This document shows, one piece after another, positions 33,053-42,561 of a stretch of DNA of 64,000 bases (position 1 is its first letter; every line of letters starts with the position of its first letter). Location: positions 269,088 to 333,087 of the forward strand of contig DAOSEM010000002.1 of the NCBI GenBank assembly GCA_035363115.1, given 5' to 3'. The DNA comes from Syntrophales bacterium (GTDB lineage: Bacteria > Desulfobacterota > Syntrophia > Syntrophales > PHBD01). The position numbers and the translations under genes were made by a program. The notes beneath the pieces were generated by a model. It did not search any database. It worked only from the letters and a program-made list of their open reading frames with translations, and was not told the DNA's origin.

Positions 33053-34243
33053 TTACAGACCGCTCTTGAAGTCGTCGCGCATCAGCTCGCGGGCGATGAT
33101 CATGCGGCGGATTTCCGACGTGCCGGCGCCGATCTCCCACAGTTTCTGATCCAGGAAATGACGGGAAATGGCGTACTCGGTGCAGTAGCCGTAGCCGCCG
33201 TGGATCTGGATCGCGTCGAGACCGATCTTGGTTCCCATCTCGCCCGTGTACAGCAGGGAGGCCGCGGCCATCCGGTCGAGGTCCGTTCCCTTGCCGCCGG
33301 ACTTGTTTTCCAGCGTGTCGCAGTAGGCCGCGGCGCTGTAGGCCAGCCACTTGCCGGCTTTGTAGCCGCAGTACATGTTCGCCAGCTTTTCCTGGATCGT
33401 CTGGAAGGAGGCGATGGGCTTGCCGAACTGCACTCTTTCCTTCGCATACTTCAGGCAGAGCTCGAGGCAGGTCCTCTGGCCGCCCAGGGTGCAGCCCGAC
33501 AGCGTGATGCGCTCGGTGCAGAGGCCGCTCGTGAGGATCGCGACGCCCTTGTTCTCGCCGCCGATCAGGGCGGACTCCGGAAGTTCCATGTCCTCGAAGG
33601 TGATCAGGGCCGTGGGGGAGGTCCTCATGCCCCACTTCTTGATCTTCTCGCGCTTGCAGCCCTTGACCTTGTCGAACTCGAAGCAGAAAGCGCTGATGCC
33701 CTTGGGGCCGGCAGCGGGATTGGTCTTGGCGTAGAAAACCATGAACTGGGCGACGGGGCCGTTCGTGATGAAGATCTTGGAGCCGTTGATGATGTACTTG
33801 TCGCCCTTCTTCTCGGCCTTGGTGGCCATGGACATGGCGTCAGACCCGGCGTTGGGCTCGGTGATGCCGAGGCAGCCGATCCACTCACCCGTACAGGCCT
33901 TGGGGAGGACATATTCTCTCTGTGCTTCCGAGGCGTTCCGGCGGAAGTTGTCGAAGCAGAGGGTCTGGCTGGCGCCGACCGTCATGGAGAGGGCGTTGCT
34001 GACGCGGGCGATGGTTTCATACACAAGCAGGGTTTCCACGTAACCGAGGGCGGCTCCGCCGTACTTTTCCGGGAAGACGATTCCGTTCACGCCGAGGTTG
34101 CCCAGCTCCTTGAAGATCGTGGGGGGCATCTCGTCCACCTCGTACATGTGCTCCATCTGCGGCTCCAGCCAGGTCATGGCCCAGCGGTAAACCTGATCCT
34201 CCAGCATCCTTTGTTCTTCGGTAAATGAAAAATCTAACGCCAT
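33053..34243 (-). CDS. Acyl-CoA dehydrogenase
   Basis: 396 aa with ACAD N/M/C domain blocks (GCLGITEPNAGSD, FITNG, IHGGYGY, EIGAGTSEIRRMIIAREL). Strong SD (GGGAGGT). Confidence 0.92.
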   Translation of the reverse strand: MALDFSFTEEQRMLEDQVYRWAMTWLEPQMEHMYEVDEMPPTIFKELGNLGVNGIVFPEKYGGAALGYVETLLVYETIARVSNALSMTVGASQTLCFDNFRRNASEAQREYVLPKACTGEWIGCLGITEPNAGSDAMSMATKAEKKGDKYIINGSKIFITNGPVAQFMVFYAKTNPAAGPKGISAFCFEFDKVKGCKREKIKKWGMRTSPTALITFEDMELPESALIGGENKGVAILTSGLCTERITLSGCTLGGQRTCLELCLKYAKERVQFGKPIASFQTIQEKLANMYCGYKAGKWLAYSAAAYCDTLENKSGGKGTDLDRMAAASLLYTGEMGTKIGLDAIQIHGGYGYCTEYAISRHFLDQKLWEIGAGTSEIRRMIIARELMRDDFKSGL

Positions 34244-34814
34244 AACTCTTACCTCCCTTTTATTGAAGTGTGAAAAAAATCAAACCAGTGGCGGAACCCG
34301 CAGAAAAGCGGACAAATTGCACGGACAACCTGCCTCTCTTCATATATGCCGCACACTGGTTCCGGTTGCGGCTGCAAAACGGAGGCGCCGAAGCACCGTC
34401 CTCTTCTTTTCGGTTGGTCCATTTGTACATCAGTGGGAAGGATGAAACGCCGAGCGCTGAATCACATCTCCGGTTTGCTGTCCGAAGGGTGGCCGACCAT
34501 TCCGTGCGGATTCGGATGTCGATGATCTCGGCGTGCATCTGTATTTCACAAGACCCGCTGATTTACAAGGGCAATCTTCCAGTTCCCGAATTTTTCAGGA
34601 AGATTTTGTAGGACTGTCCTCCATGCTGTTGTGACACGAAAAGCGGAAACCGTCGCGGGCCGGTTGCATGGATAGCCGTGGTTTGCCACAGCAAGTCTGT
34701 GAAAAACCCACTCCTTTCTCTTTCGATTCCCCCCTTTCATCATGATTTCTTTGCGATCCGGCATTTCGTCCGGGGATTCCCATTCTGTTGTTTCGTTGAA
34801 AATAATCCGCTTGT

Positions 34815-34976
34815 TCAGTCCGGAAATAGCTTCATATACCGGGCCAAAATGAGCATGAGGCCGATGATCCAGACGATATAGGCCCACAGCCGGATCTTGG
34901 AAAGCTTCTCCCGACGCCGCATGGCCTGGTCGAGTTTTTTCTCCCTTTCCATCTCTACGGGTTGCTTCGTTGCCAT
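34815..34976 (-). CDS. Candidate small single-TM protein (53 aa), below the ORF-track size cut-off
   Basis: Own translation: MATKQPVEMEREKKLDQAMRRREKLSKIRLWAYIVWIIGLMLILARYMKLFPD. ATG 34976 has GGAG about 10 nt upstream. Third-position GC is high, as in the neighbouring genes. It lies between the CoA-transferase and acyl-CoA dehydrogenase genes on the same strand. Confidence 0.35.
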   Translation of the reverse strand: MATKQPVEMEREKKLDQAMRRREKLSKIRLWAYIVWIIGLMLILARYMKLFPD

Positions 34977-35048
34977 GAGATTGCAGCTCCAAGAAAATCC
35001 GCCCCTGGAGAGTCCTGACCGGTTCTCCAGGTGAGATAGAAGAATCCG

Positions 35049-36566
35049 TTACTTTCCGGTCTGGTACCCTTGGTCCCAGTCGTACCCCCAGACGGTGCTG
35101 CCCATGGATACCTTGTAATTCCGGCGCTCCTCGCATGACGGATACCGGCGTCCACCTCCCTCCGCCGGCATCATGGAGACAGGGAACTTCGGCGGCAGGA
35201 GGCCATTCTCACGGGCCTCCCTCTCCAGCCATTCCCGGTCATCCGGGTGGGCGATGGAGATGATCGCCGATGCTCGCTCGTAGCCACTCAGTCCTCGGAG
35301 GTTGACCATTCCGAACTCGGTGCAGACGTAGTTGGTGAACTGGGCCGGCACGTCCACCGTCGAGCCCTCCGGAAGGAACGGAACGATCCGGGAGGTGCCA
35401 TGCTTGCTTCGGGAAGTCATGGCTGCCACGCCGCGGCCGCCCCTGGACTGGGCGGCGAAGACATGAAACTGGAAAAATCCGCCGGACGAGGAGATGGGTC
35501 GCTTCTCATAGAACCCCGTGGAAATCTGGCCCAGGAGGTCGACGGCTACGCAGTTGTTGATGGAGATCATATTGTCGATCCGGGTCAGGACATTCAGGTT
35601 GTTCGTGTAGTCGATGTCGTAGGCCGCCAGGGCCTGGTTACGGTGGATGGTTTCGTAATACCACTTCACGTCCACGGGGAATGCAAATGTCCAGACACTC
35701 TTTCCACGATCCAGTGTCTTGTAGGCGTTTGTGACCTGGCCGGACTCGATCAGCCTCATGAGGCCGAAGTTCAGCATTTCCGTGTGGATACCGAGATCCC
35801 GGAAGCCCGCATCTGCCAGCGCGGCGACGCAGGCCGAGGGCAGCGAGCCGATACCCAGCTGGATCACGTCCCGGTCCCGCATGATCTGCATGACGTTTTT
35901 CGCAATCTGCTGCTCCACGGGGCTTGGACGGATTGCTCGCTCGTTTACCTGGGGCCACCGGTAGCGCTCGCAGTCCACCTCGACCCAGTAGTCGATCTCG
36001 TCGATATGAATCGTATTGAAACGGCCGCTCTCCGCCCAGGGGTAGTCGGGGCGGACCTCGAAGACAATCTTCTTCGCCGTTTGCCGGAAGATATTGCAGT
36101 TGTTCGTCCCGTAGGACATGTTGAAATAGCCACGTTCGTCGGGAACCGTGACGGCGTTGAACCACCAGTCCATCCCGCGCTGTTCTTTCTCGCTGCAGGC
36201 GAACCGGTAGTGGTGGGCGTGCATGCCGTAAGCCCATCCCCACTGAGCCCAGTCAGTGACGTTGTGGGTGTCGCGGGCCTTGCGGTTCCAGGGGAAGAAG
36301 AAGAACTCGTGAATGGTGTGATATTCCTGGTGGGGATCGATCTGTTGGAGTTCCGGATGAGGATAGAACATCGCGTACATCCAAAACTCGATATTCCGCA
36401 ACTGGCCGGAGCCGGGACCCAGCCTCCTGGCTACCGCCTCCGTGCAGACCGTGGAATCCCCGCCGGTACTTCCGTGATTGATCCAGTCGCCCGACTGGAC
36501 CATGTCGGCGATCTGTTCCGGTGTCCGTTTCTTGTCCCGGATCTTCTGCTGCACCGGCGTAGTCAT
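35049..36566 (-). CDS. Acetyl-CoA hydrolase/transferase-family CoA-transferase (4-hydroxybutyrate/succinyl-CoA:acetate type)
   Basis: 505 aa. Family blocks LGIGSLPSA, GIHTEML, NNCVAVDLLGQIS, SSGGFFQF and IAHPDDREWL. Confidence 0.85.
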   Translation of the reverse strand: MTTPVQQKIRDKKRTPEQIADMVQSGDWINHGSTGGDSTVCTEAVARRLGPGSGQLRNIEFWMYAMFYPHPELQQIDPHQEYHTIHEFFFFPWNRKARDTHNVTDWAQWGWAYGMHAHHYRFACSEKEQRGMDWWFNAVTVPDERGYFNMSYGTNNCNIFRQTAKKIVFEVRPDYPWAESGRFNTIHIDEIDYWVEVDCERYRWPQVNERAIRPSPVEQQIAKNVMQIMRDRDVIQLGIGSLPSACVAALADAGFRDLGIHTEMLNFGLMRLIESGQVTNAYKTLDRGKSVWTFAFPVDVKWYYETIHRNQALAAYDIDYTNNLNVLTRIDNMISINNCVAVDLLGQISTGFYEKRPISSSGGFFQFHVFAAQSRGGRGVAAMTSRSKHGTSRIVPFLPEGSTVDVPAQFTNYVCTEFGMVNLRGLSGYERASAIISIAHPDDREWLEREARENGLLPPKFPVSMMPAEGGGRRYPSCEERRNYKVSMGSTVWGYDWDQGYQTGK

Positions 36567-36938
36567 TCCGTTACTCCCGCAAAATCAACAACGCGACCGG
36601 AGCGGTATCAAGCGGACTTCACATGTGTGGAGGCGATGAATCCCATCGTTTCCTCACACGGTGCGCGGTGGCGGATCAATACTTCCCCGTCATATGCCGG
36701 ACCGGTACTGGCTGCTGAACAAAAAAGGATGTCGTTAAGGAAAAACTTTTTTTACGAGAATGTCTCGATCCCCTGCCCGATCGGGCCATGAGCTGCGGAA
36801 GGCCCCCTGAAAACGAGTTCGAATAATCGGTAGAATAATTCGATAGTTACAGGATCCCAGCCGGGTGGGATGAGATTGCGGACAGTCTGTTATCAAGATT
36901 CGGTTCCAAATGCAACCATAAAGAGCCCGGAAATCCGC

Positions 36939-36971
36939 AAAAAAAGGGCGGGCCCTTCGAAGAGCCCGCCC
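36939..36971 (-). terminator. Rho-independent terminator of the YaaH-family gene
   Basis: On the minus strand: GGGCGGGC-tcttcgaagg-GCCCGCCC followed by T7, 26 nt after the stop codon. Confidence 0.75.
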
Positions 36972-36996
36972 TGATTTCTATAATCTGAAAGGTCTG

Positions 36997-37719
36997 CTAC
37001 TTGATCACCGGCGGAGGGGTCCAGAAGACCTTCTTGCCATAGATCGTGTTGCAGACGACGGCGCCCGCCATATACACGCCATACCAGCCGGAGAAGACCA
37101 GCAGATAGCCGATGACCGGTTTCCATGTTTTTGGATCCCCGTACCAGCCCGTATCCATGCCCACGATCATCCAGAGGACGATGTCGATGACGACGACGAG
37201 CAGGAACAGACCGCTCTTGGCGTAAGCGGGTGTCACGGCGGTGAGGAAGCCGGCCCCGGCCATCCACATCCATCCCTCGATGTAGACCATCTTGCCGACT
37301 GCCGCTCCTACAGCCTTGCCGATGCCGGCCTTGGCTGCCGCCAGCTGTTCCGGGGTCAGCATCTTGATGTCCGCGACTCCCGCGGCCGCCATGGCTGCAT
37401 CCATGGCTTCCTTGGCGGCTTTCGGACCGAAAATGAAACTAATGCTGTACCATTTTGCGAAAGTACTGATCGCCGCTGCTAACATGAAGAAGGCGGAGAA
37501 AAACAGGAAGACGTTACCGCCCGTGATGTTGTGATCTTTCAACTCCATAACCGCCGTTGTGTACTGGACGAGGCATCCCCCGATCAGCCACGCAGCAAGG
37601 AGAGGAAAGCCAGACAGGTCGACTTTTCCCATAAATACCGCGCCAAACCCGAAACACGCGACGGCCAGAGCACCCAGACCGGCGGGTCCCGGTGTAGCAA
37701 AACTGTGTTCATGCGCCAT
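36997..37719 (-). CDS. GPR1/FUN34/YaaH-family (SatP-like) acetate/succinate channel with an Ala-rich insertion
   Basis: This is the C-terminal 240 codons of the spurious 1138-aa track ORF. ATG 37719 follows GGAGGA. N-terminus MAHEHSFATPGPAGLGALAVACFGFG (compare the NPAPLGL motif), six hydrophobic segments, and a roughly 50-aa insert GPKAAKEAMDAAMAAAGVADIKMLTPEQLAAAKAGIGKAVGAAVGK. Confidence 0.7.
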   Translation of the reverse strand: MAHEHSFATPGPAGLGALAVACFGFGAVFMGKVDLSGFPLLAAWLIGGCLVQYTTAVMELKDHNITGGNVFLFFSAFFMLAAAISTFAKWYSISFIFGPKAAKEAMDAAMAAAGVADIKMLTPEQLAAAKAGIGKAVGAAVGKMVYIEGWMWMAGAGFLTAVTPAYAKSGLFLLVVVIDIVLWMIVGMDTGWYGDPKTWKPVIGYLLVFSGWYGVYMAGAVVCNTIYGKKVFWTPPPVIK

Positions 37720-38012
37720 GAATGATTCCTCCTTTTTTTGTTTGTTACCGGCAATAATTGTTTTCCCCTTTTGTTTCCTTCCTCTCCTGATTCCGGTGCG
37801 GCATCCCCCCTTCCTAATTTGGCTTTTGGTTGCGTCAGATACGGCTTCACGATGCGAGTGCCTGGTAATCCCGCGGAATGGATTACCGCATTCGTGGTTT
37901 CTTTTGCCGATCCCGCGGGCCTCGCGGGATCCTTCGGAAGCTGTTTGTGAGAATGACTGGGAAGAAAATATTGCAGGGGTATCTAACACAAAGGATTTGC
38001 CTTTTGCAAGTT

Positions 38013-38039
38013 GAAAATCGATTTTCGGATTCCGAAAAT
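38013..38039. promoter_or_regulatory. Overlapping perfect palindromes (candidate operator) upstream of the EF-G paralogue promoter
   Basis: GAAAATCGATTTTC (38013-26) overlaps ATTTTCGGA-T-TCCGAAAAT (38021-39). This gives three GAAAAT/ATTTTC half-sites, ending 14 nt before the -35 box. Confidence 0.4.
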
Positions 38040-38053
38040 ATGATAAATAGTCC

Positions 38054-38082
38054 TTGACAATGGCTTTGCGAGAGGATAGAAG
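38054..38082 (+). promoter_or_regulatory. Sigma70-type promoter candidate
   Basis: TTGACA (38054-59), a 17-nt spacer, then TAGAAG (38077-82). Confidence 0.4.
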
Positions 38083-38114
38083 GCGCAACTTCACACAAAA
38101 TACCAGGCGGGATG

Positions 38115-38136
38115 AACCCTCTCGGAGGGTTTTTTT
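38115..38136 (+). terminator. Intrinsic-terminator-like hairpin inside the leader of the EF-G paralogue (attenuator, or the end of a short RNA)
   Basis: AACCCTC-tcg-GAGGGTT followed by a run totalling T7, ending 24 nt before ATG 38161. It is plus-strand specific (no T-run on the other strand). Confidence 0.45.
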
Positions 38137-38160
38137 GTTTATGGCAGGGATGGAAAGGCT

Positions 38161-40248
38161 ATGACTACGGACATCGAAAAAGTAAGAAACATCGGCATCA
38201 GCGCCCACATCGACTCGGGCAAGACCACGCTGACGGAGCGGATCCTGTATTATACAAAGCGCATCCGCGCCATGCATGACGTAAAGGGAAAAGACGGCGT
38301 GGGGGCCACCATGGATTCCATGGAGCTGGAGAAGGAGCGGGGGATCACCATCGCTTCCGCGGCCACGTTCTGCCAGTGGAAGGGACACGAAATCAACATC
38401 ATCGACACGCCCGGCCACGTGGACTTCACCATCGAGGTCGAGCGCTCGCTCCGCGTGCTGGACGGCGCGATCCTTGTTCTCTGTTCCGTCGGCGGTGTCC
38501 AGTCCCAGTCCATCACCGTGGACCAGCAGATGAAACGCTATCACGTGCCCTGTATTGCCTTTATCAACAAATGCGACCGGAGCGGTGCCGATCCATTCCG
38601 GGTCATCTCGCAGCTGCAGACGAAACTGGGGCACAATGCCGTGGCGATGCAGATTCCCATTGGCCTGGAGATCGATTTTGAGGGTGTGGTGGACCTGCTG
38701 ACCATGAAGGCGCTGTATTTCGACGGCGAGCACGGGGAAGATGTGCGGGTCGAGGAAATCCCCCCGGAGCTTATGGAAACGGCCCGGAAGAAGCGGGAAG
38801 AGATGCTCGACGCGGTCTCGCTTTTTTCGGATGAGTTGACGGAAGCCCTTTTGGAAGGCGGCCTGGTATCGGAAGACATCATCCTGGAGGCTGTGCGCCG
38901 CGGCACCCTGGCCCGCCAGTTGACGCCCGTTTTCATGGGTTCGGCCTACAAGAACCGGGGTGTCCAGCCGCTGCTCGAAGCCGTGAACCGCTATCTGCCG
39001 TGCCCGTCCGATGTCGATAATCAGGCGCTGGACATGGATCATGAGGAAGCGCCGGTCAGCCTGTCCTGCGATTCGGAAAAGCCAACGGTCGCCTTCGCCT
39101 TCAAGCTTGAGGACGGGCCCTACGGGCAGTTGACCTACATCCGCGTCTATCAGGGAAGCGCTGCCCGCGGCACTACCGTAGTCAACGCCCGGAGCGGAAA
39201 GAAGGTCAAGATCGGCCGGGTGGTCCGCATGCACGCCGACCAGATGGAGGACATTGAGGCCGTGAACGCCGGGTACATCGGCGCCCTCTTCGGCATCGAC
39301 TGCTCCTCCGGTGATACCTTCATCACACCCGGCGTGAATTACACCATGACGTCCATGTACGTTCCTGAACCGGTGATCTCCCTGGCCATCGTCCCGAAGG
39401 ACAACAAGTCCCAGACCAACCTGTCCAAGGCCCTGGGACGCTTCACACGTGAGGATCCGACCTTCCGGACCCACGTGGACCAGGAGACCAGTGAGACAAT
39501 CATCGAGGGGATGGGCGAGCTCCATCTGGAGATTTACGTCGAACGGATGCGCAGGGAATACGGCTGCGAGGTGACCACGGGCCATCCGAGGGTCGCTTAC
39601 CGCGAGGCTATCACGCAGAGGGCGGACTTTAACTATACGCACCGTAAGCAGACGGGCGGCTCGGGCCAGTACGGGCGGATCGCCGGCTACCTGGAGCCGC
39701 TTTCGGAAGGCGACTTCGAATTTGTCAACGACGTGACCGGCGGATCCATTCCCACCCAGTTCATCCCTGCCGTGGAGAAGGGATTCCGGCTCTGCCTGGC
39801 CAAGGGGCCGAAAATGGAGTTTCCCGTGACGGGAATCCGGGTCGTGATCAACGACGGGGCCTCCCATGCTGTGGACTCGTCCGACATGGCCTTCCAGGCG
39901 GCGGCCCGGGGGGCATTCCGGGAGGCATACGGGAGAGCGAAGCCGATTATCCTGGAGCCGATCATGAAGGTTGTCGTCGAGACGCCGACGGAGTTCCAGG
40001 GGGCCGTCATGGGGCTGCTGAATCAGCGGCGCGGCATGATCATCGGCGCCCAGGACGAAGGGCCCCAGTGCGTCGTAGAGGCCCAGGTGCCCCTGGCGGA
40101 GATGTTCGGGTATTCGACGGTGCTCCGGTCTGCCACGCAGGGAAAGGCCCAGTTTACCATGGAATTCGCCGCCTACAGGCAGGTTCCCGTATCCGTGGCG
40201 GAGAAGATCGCGGAAGAGGTGGCCCAGCGCAAAAGGAGCGCCGCCTGA
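38161..40248 (+). CDS. fusA: Elongation factor G (stand-alone paralogue, not in a str operon context)
   Basis: 695 aa. G1 [10 protein letters not shown]3 DTPGHVDF, G4 NKCD, and full domains II-V (e.g. [28 protein letters not shown]). No rpsL/rpsG/tuf genes are adjacent. Confidence 0.9.
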   Translation: MTTDIEKVRNIGISAHIDSGKTTLTERILYYTKRIRAMHDVKGKDGVGATMDSMELEKERGITIASAATFCQWKGHEINIIDTPGHVDFTIEVERSLRVLDGAILVLCSVGGVQSQSITVDQQMKRYHVPCIAFINKCDRSGADPFRVISQLQTKLGHNAVAMQIPIGLEIDFEGVVDLLTMKALYFDGEHGEDVRVEEIPPELMETARKKREEMLDAVSLFSDELTEALLEGGLVSEDIILEAVRRGTLARQLTPVFMGSAYKNRGVQPLLEAVNRYLPCPSDVDNQALDMDHEEAPVSLSCDSEKPTVAFAFKLEDGPYGQLTYIRVYQGSAARGTTVVNARSGKKVKIGRVVRMHADQMEDIEAVNAGYIGALFGIDCSSGDTFITPGVNYTMTSMYVPEPVISLAIVPKDNKSQTNLSKALGRFTREDPTFRTHVDQETSETIIEGMGELHLEIYVERMRREYGCEVTTGHPRVAYREAITQRADFNYTHRKQTGGSGQYGRIAGYLEPLSEGDFEFVNDVTGGSIPTQFIPAVEKGFRLCLAKGPKMEFPVTGIRVVINDGASHAVDSSDMAFQAAARGAFREAYGRAKPIILEPIMKVVVETPTEFQGAVMGLLNQRRGMIIGAQDEGPQCVVEAQVPLAEMFGYSTVLRSATQGKAQFTMEFAAYRQVPVSVAEKIAEEVAQRKRSAA

Positions 40249-40369
40249 GATGAAACCGTGCGGGTCTGACGGCCGCCGGAAGGATTCTGCGGATTCATCC
40301 TCGGTCTGCGGGGAAGCGCGGGAAAGAAAGACGGCTACCATCATTCCGTGGAGGAGAAGGAGAAGTGTT

Positions 40370-41083
40370 ATGACGATGCGGGAAGAGCAGATTCGGGAGA
40401 AGCTCCTGGGCACCCTGGCGGGGGAAGCCGAAGGCCTGCTGGAGGCGGGCCGGTTCGGAGCCGTTTTCGCCCATGCAGGGATCGGGAAGACAGCCCTGAT
40501 GGTTCAGCTGGCGATCCGGGCAATGCTGCAGGGAAAGAATGTCCTGCATGTGAGTCTGCATGACCCTGTTCAGAAAGTGGCTCTCTGGTACGAGGAGCTG
40601 TTTCAGGATGCCGCGAGAAGGCAGGGGATGGCGGGAATGCAGCGCCTTTGGGAATCCCTTGTCCCCCACCGCTTCATCATGACGTTCCGCGTCGACGGAT
40701 TCACCGTTCCCCGCCTGGCGGAGCGCCTGGAAGACCTGGCCGCCCAGGGAATCTTCCGGCCGGAAGTGGTGATCATCGACGGCTTTCCGTTTGAAGAGAC
40801 CAGCCGTGAGGCCTTGGCCGACCTGAAGAACATGGCCGGCCTGGGCGGTTTTTACGGGTGGTTCACCGTTCACACACACCGCTACGAGACCCCGGAGGCC
40901 GATGGAATTCCCCAGCGGCTGAGACCGGTTTCCAGCCTTTTCGACGTGATCCTGGAAATGACGCCCGAAAAGGGGAGAATCCGCATCCGTTCTCTGAAAG
41001 GCGGCGGATTGACGTCCGAGGGGGGATCGTTGCTCCTCGACCCGGCGACCATGCTCGTCCGGGCGGAGGTTGCCGGGAGCTGA
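40370..41083 (+). CDS. Hypothetical RecA/KaiC-like single-domain P-loop protein
   Basis: Walker A-like AHAGIGKTAL and Walker B-like PEVVIIDGF. 237 aa from ATG 40370, which follows GGAGGAGAAGGAGAAG. A longer form from ATG 40250, 1 nt after the fusA stop, is possible. The family call is tentative. Confidence 0.5.
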   Translation: MTMREEQIREKLLGTLAGEAEGLLEAGRFGAVFAHAGIGKTALMVQLAIRAMLQGKNVLHVSLHDPVQKVALWYEELFQDAARRQGMAGMQRLWESLVPHRFIMTFRVDGFTVPRLAERLEDLAAQGIFRPEVVIIDGFPFEETSREALADLKNMAGLGGFYGWFTVHTHRYETPEADGIPQRLRPVSSLFDVILEMTPEKGRIRIRSLKGGGLTSEGGSLLLDPATMLVRAEVAGS

Positions 41084-41218
41084 ACCGGCCCGTACCGTGT
41101 AACGCGGATTCGGCGTCCCGCCAGGGAACGCCTGAATGCCTCTTTTCGTTTTGGCGACCAGCCGTTCCTGCGTCGGGCGGTCGCCTCCGCATCAAGATAC
41201 GTTCGTGAATTCCAGGTC

Positions 41219-41665
41219 TTACTCTGCTTTCTTTTCCTTGAAATAGTCGGCGAGGATTTCCTCGTGGTCGAACGCCAGGGATGGCATGGTATCGCGCGTG
41301 AAGACGCCGATCTCTCCCGCGTCGTCGCCGGCCGCCGGTTTCCCGGACGCGCGGCCGACATAGACGGTTGTGATCGTGTGCTGCCTGGGATCCCGGTCCG
41401 GCCTCGAGTAGGTGTGGAGTTGGCGGAGCAGGGTGACTTGCAGTCCCGTTTCTTCCCGGGCCTCCCGGACGGCCGCCTCCTCCAGCGACTCGCCGTAGTC
41501 CACGAATCCTCCGGGGAGAGCCCAGCCGGGAGGCGGGTTCTTCCGCCGGATCAGGACGATCCCTTCTTCCAGTTCGATGATAATGTCCACCGTGGGGACG
41601 GGGTTGCGCCAGCACTCCTCGACGTGCCCGCAGGAGGGGCAGGTTTTCGCGGTCTTTGCGGCCAT
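41219..41665 (-). CDS. NUDIX hydrolase with an N-terminal Zn-ribbon-like CxxC
   Basis: Nudix box [24 protein letters not shown]; N-terminus [13 protein letters not shown]. Confidence 0.85.
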   Translation of the reverse strand: MAAKTAKTCPSCGHVEECWRNPVPTVDIIIELEEGIVLIRRKNPPPGWALPGGFVDYGESLEEAAVREAREETGLQVTLLRQLHTYSRPDRDPRQHTITTVYVGRASGKPAAGDDAGEIGVFTRDTMPSLAFDHEEILADYFKEKKAE

Positions 41666-41801
41666 GACGGGGCATTTCTCCCTTCCGGCTTTTCAGGGCA
41701 TAGATGGTGGATTCTTTGCGGGTCCGCTTCCGGTGTCTCCGGTTCAAATACCGCTGATGGTTTCATCCCGGGGCGTCGGCGTCCGCCTCTCTCTCCCTTC
41801 A

Positions 41802-42482
41802 TTACAGGAGTTGCAGGAGATCCGGGGCCGAAGGAACAATGACATTGGCACCGGCCCGGAGCAGTTCCTCCCGTTTGCCTGAGCCCGTCAGAACCCCGAC
41901 GGTCCGGGTGCCGGCCTCGCGGCCAGTCCGGATGTCCATGGGGTGGTCCCCTACCACAACGGCGCGGGCGGGTGCGATGCCCATTCTTGAAAGCGACTCC
42001 AGAACATGCCCCGGATCGGGCTTGACGCGTTCGGTTCCATCCCGGGGCAGGAATACATCACAGCAATCGGCAATATCCGGAAAAATCAGGGTGACGGCGG
42101 CCCCGCAGTTCCGAGTGATGATCGCACGTCGGATCTCCCGCTTCTTCATGCCCTCGAGCAGTTCCCGGACACCGGCAATGAGCGAACCATACCGGGCGGC
42201 CTGGATTTCGATAGCAGTGACGAGGCTCATCGCCTCCCGCTGGAACGACAAGGCATGGTCCGGGGATTTGCCCGTCAGCCATGCCCGACCCGCTTCGATG
42301 GTCTCCAGAACGAAAAGGCCGTCCAGAACCTCCGGGGGAATACCGGCATCCGCGGCGAGCTTTCTGACAGCCCCCCGCATGGCTGGGAAGTCGATGTTCA
42401 GGACGGCCAGGGTACCGTCGAAGTCGAAGACCGCTGCATCGGTTCCTCTCAGGATATCCCTTGGGTCCAGATCGCTTTCCAT
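41802..42482 (-). CDS. HAD-superfamily hydrolase (phosphoglycolate-phosphatase-like)
   Basis: Motif I AAVFDFDGTLA and motif IV VVGDHPMDIRTGREAG, with a cap region between them. Confidence 0.8.
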   Translation of the reverse strand: MESDLDPRDILRGTDAAVFDFDGTLAVLNIDFPAMRGAVRKLAADAGIPPEVLDGLFVLETIEAGRAWLTGKSPDHALSFQREAMSLVTAIEIQAARYGSLIAGVRELLEGMKKREIRRAIITRNCGAAVTLIFPDIADCCDVFLPRDGTERVKPDPGHVLESLSRMGIAPARAVVVGDHPMDIRTGREAGTRTVGVLTGSGKREELLRAGANVIVPSAPDLLQLL

Positions 42483-42561
42483 TCGAAATTCCTTCAGAAA
42501 TCAAAGGGTATCCGGGCGAACAGCTCCGTCCCGCCGGTGCGTGTCATCGTGTCCGGGGCGC

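Noticed and set aside
34260-35136. Track ORFs 34260-34538 (-), 34270-34611 (+) and 34546-35136 (-) in the long spacer upstream of the acyl-CoA dehydrogenase gene
   Set aside because: No SD and odd composition (Arg/Cys/Trp-rich). They overlap one another, and 34546-35136 also overlaps the end of the CoA-transferase gene. Only the short 53-aa ORF has gene-like codon usage.
37720-40413. N-terminal roughly 900 codons of the 1138-aa minus-strand ORF (36997-40413)
   Set aside because: Only the last 240 codons (36997-37719) form a coherent membrane protein with its own SD and ATG. The remainder is antisense to a complete EF-G gene and crosses a 440-bp AT-richer intergenic region.
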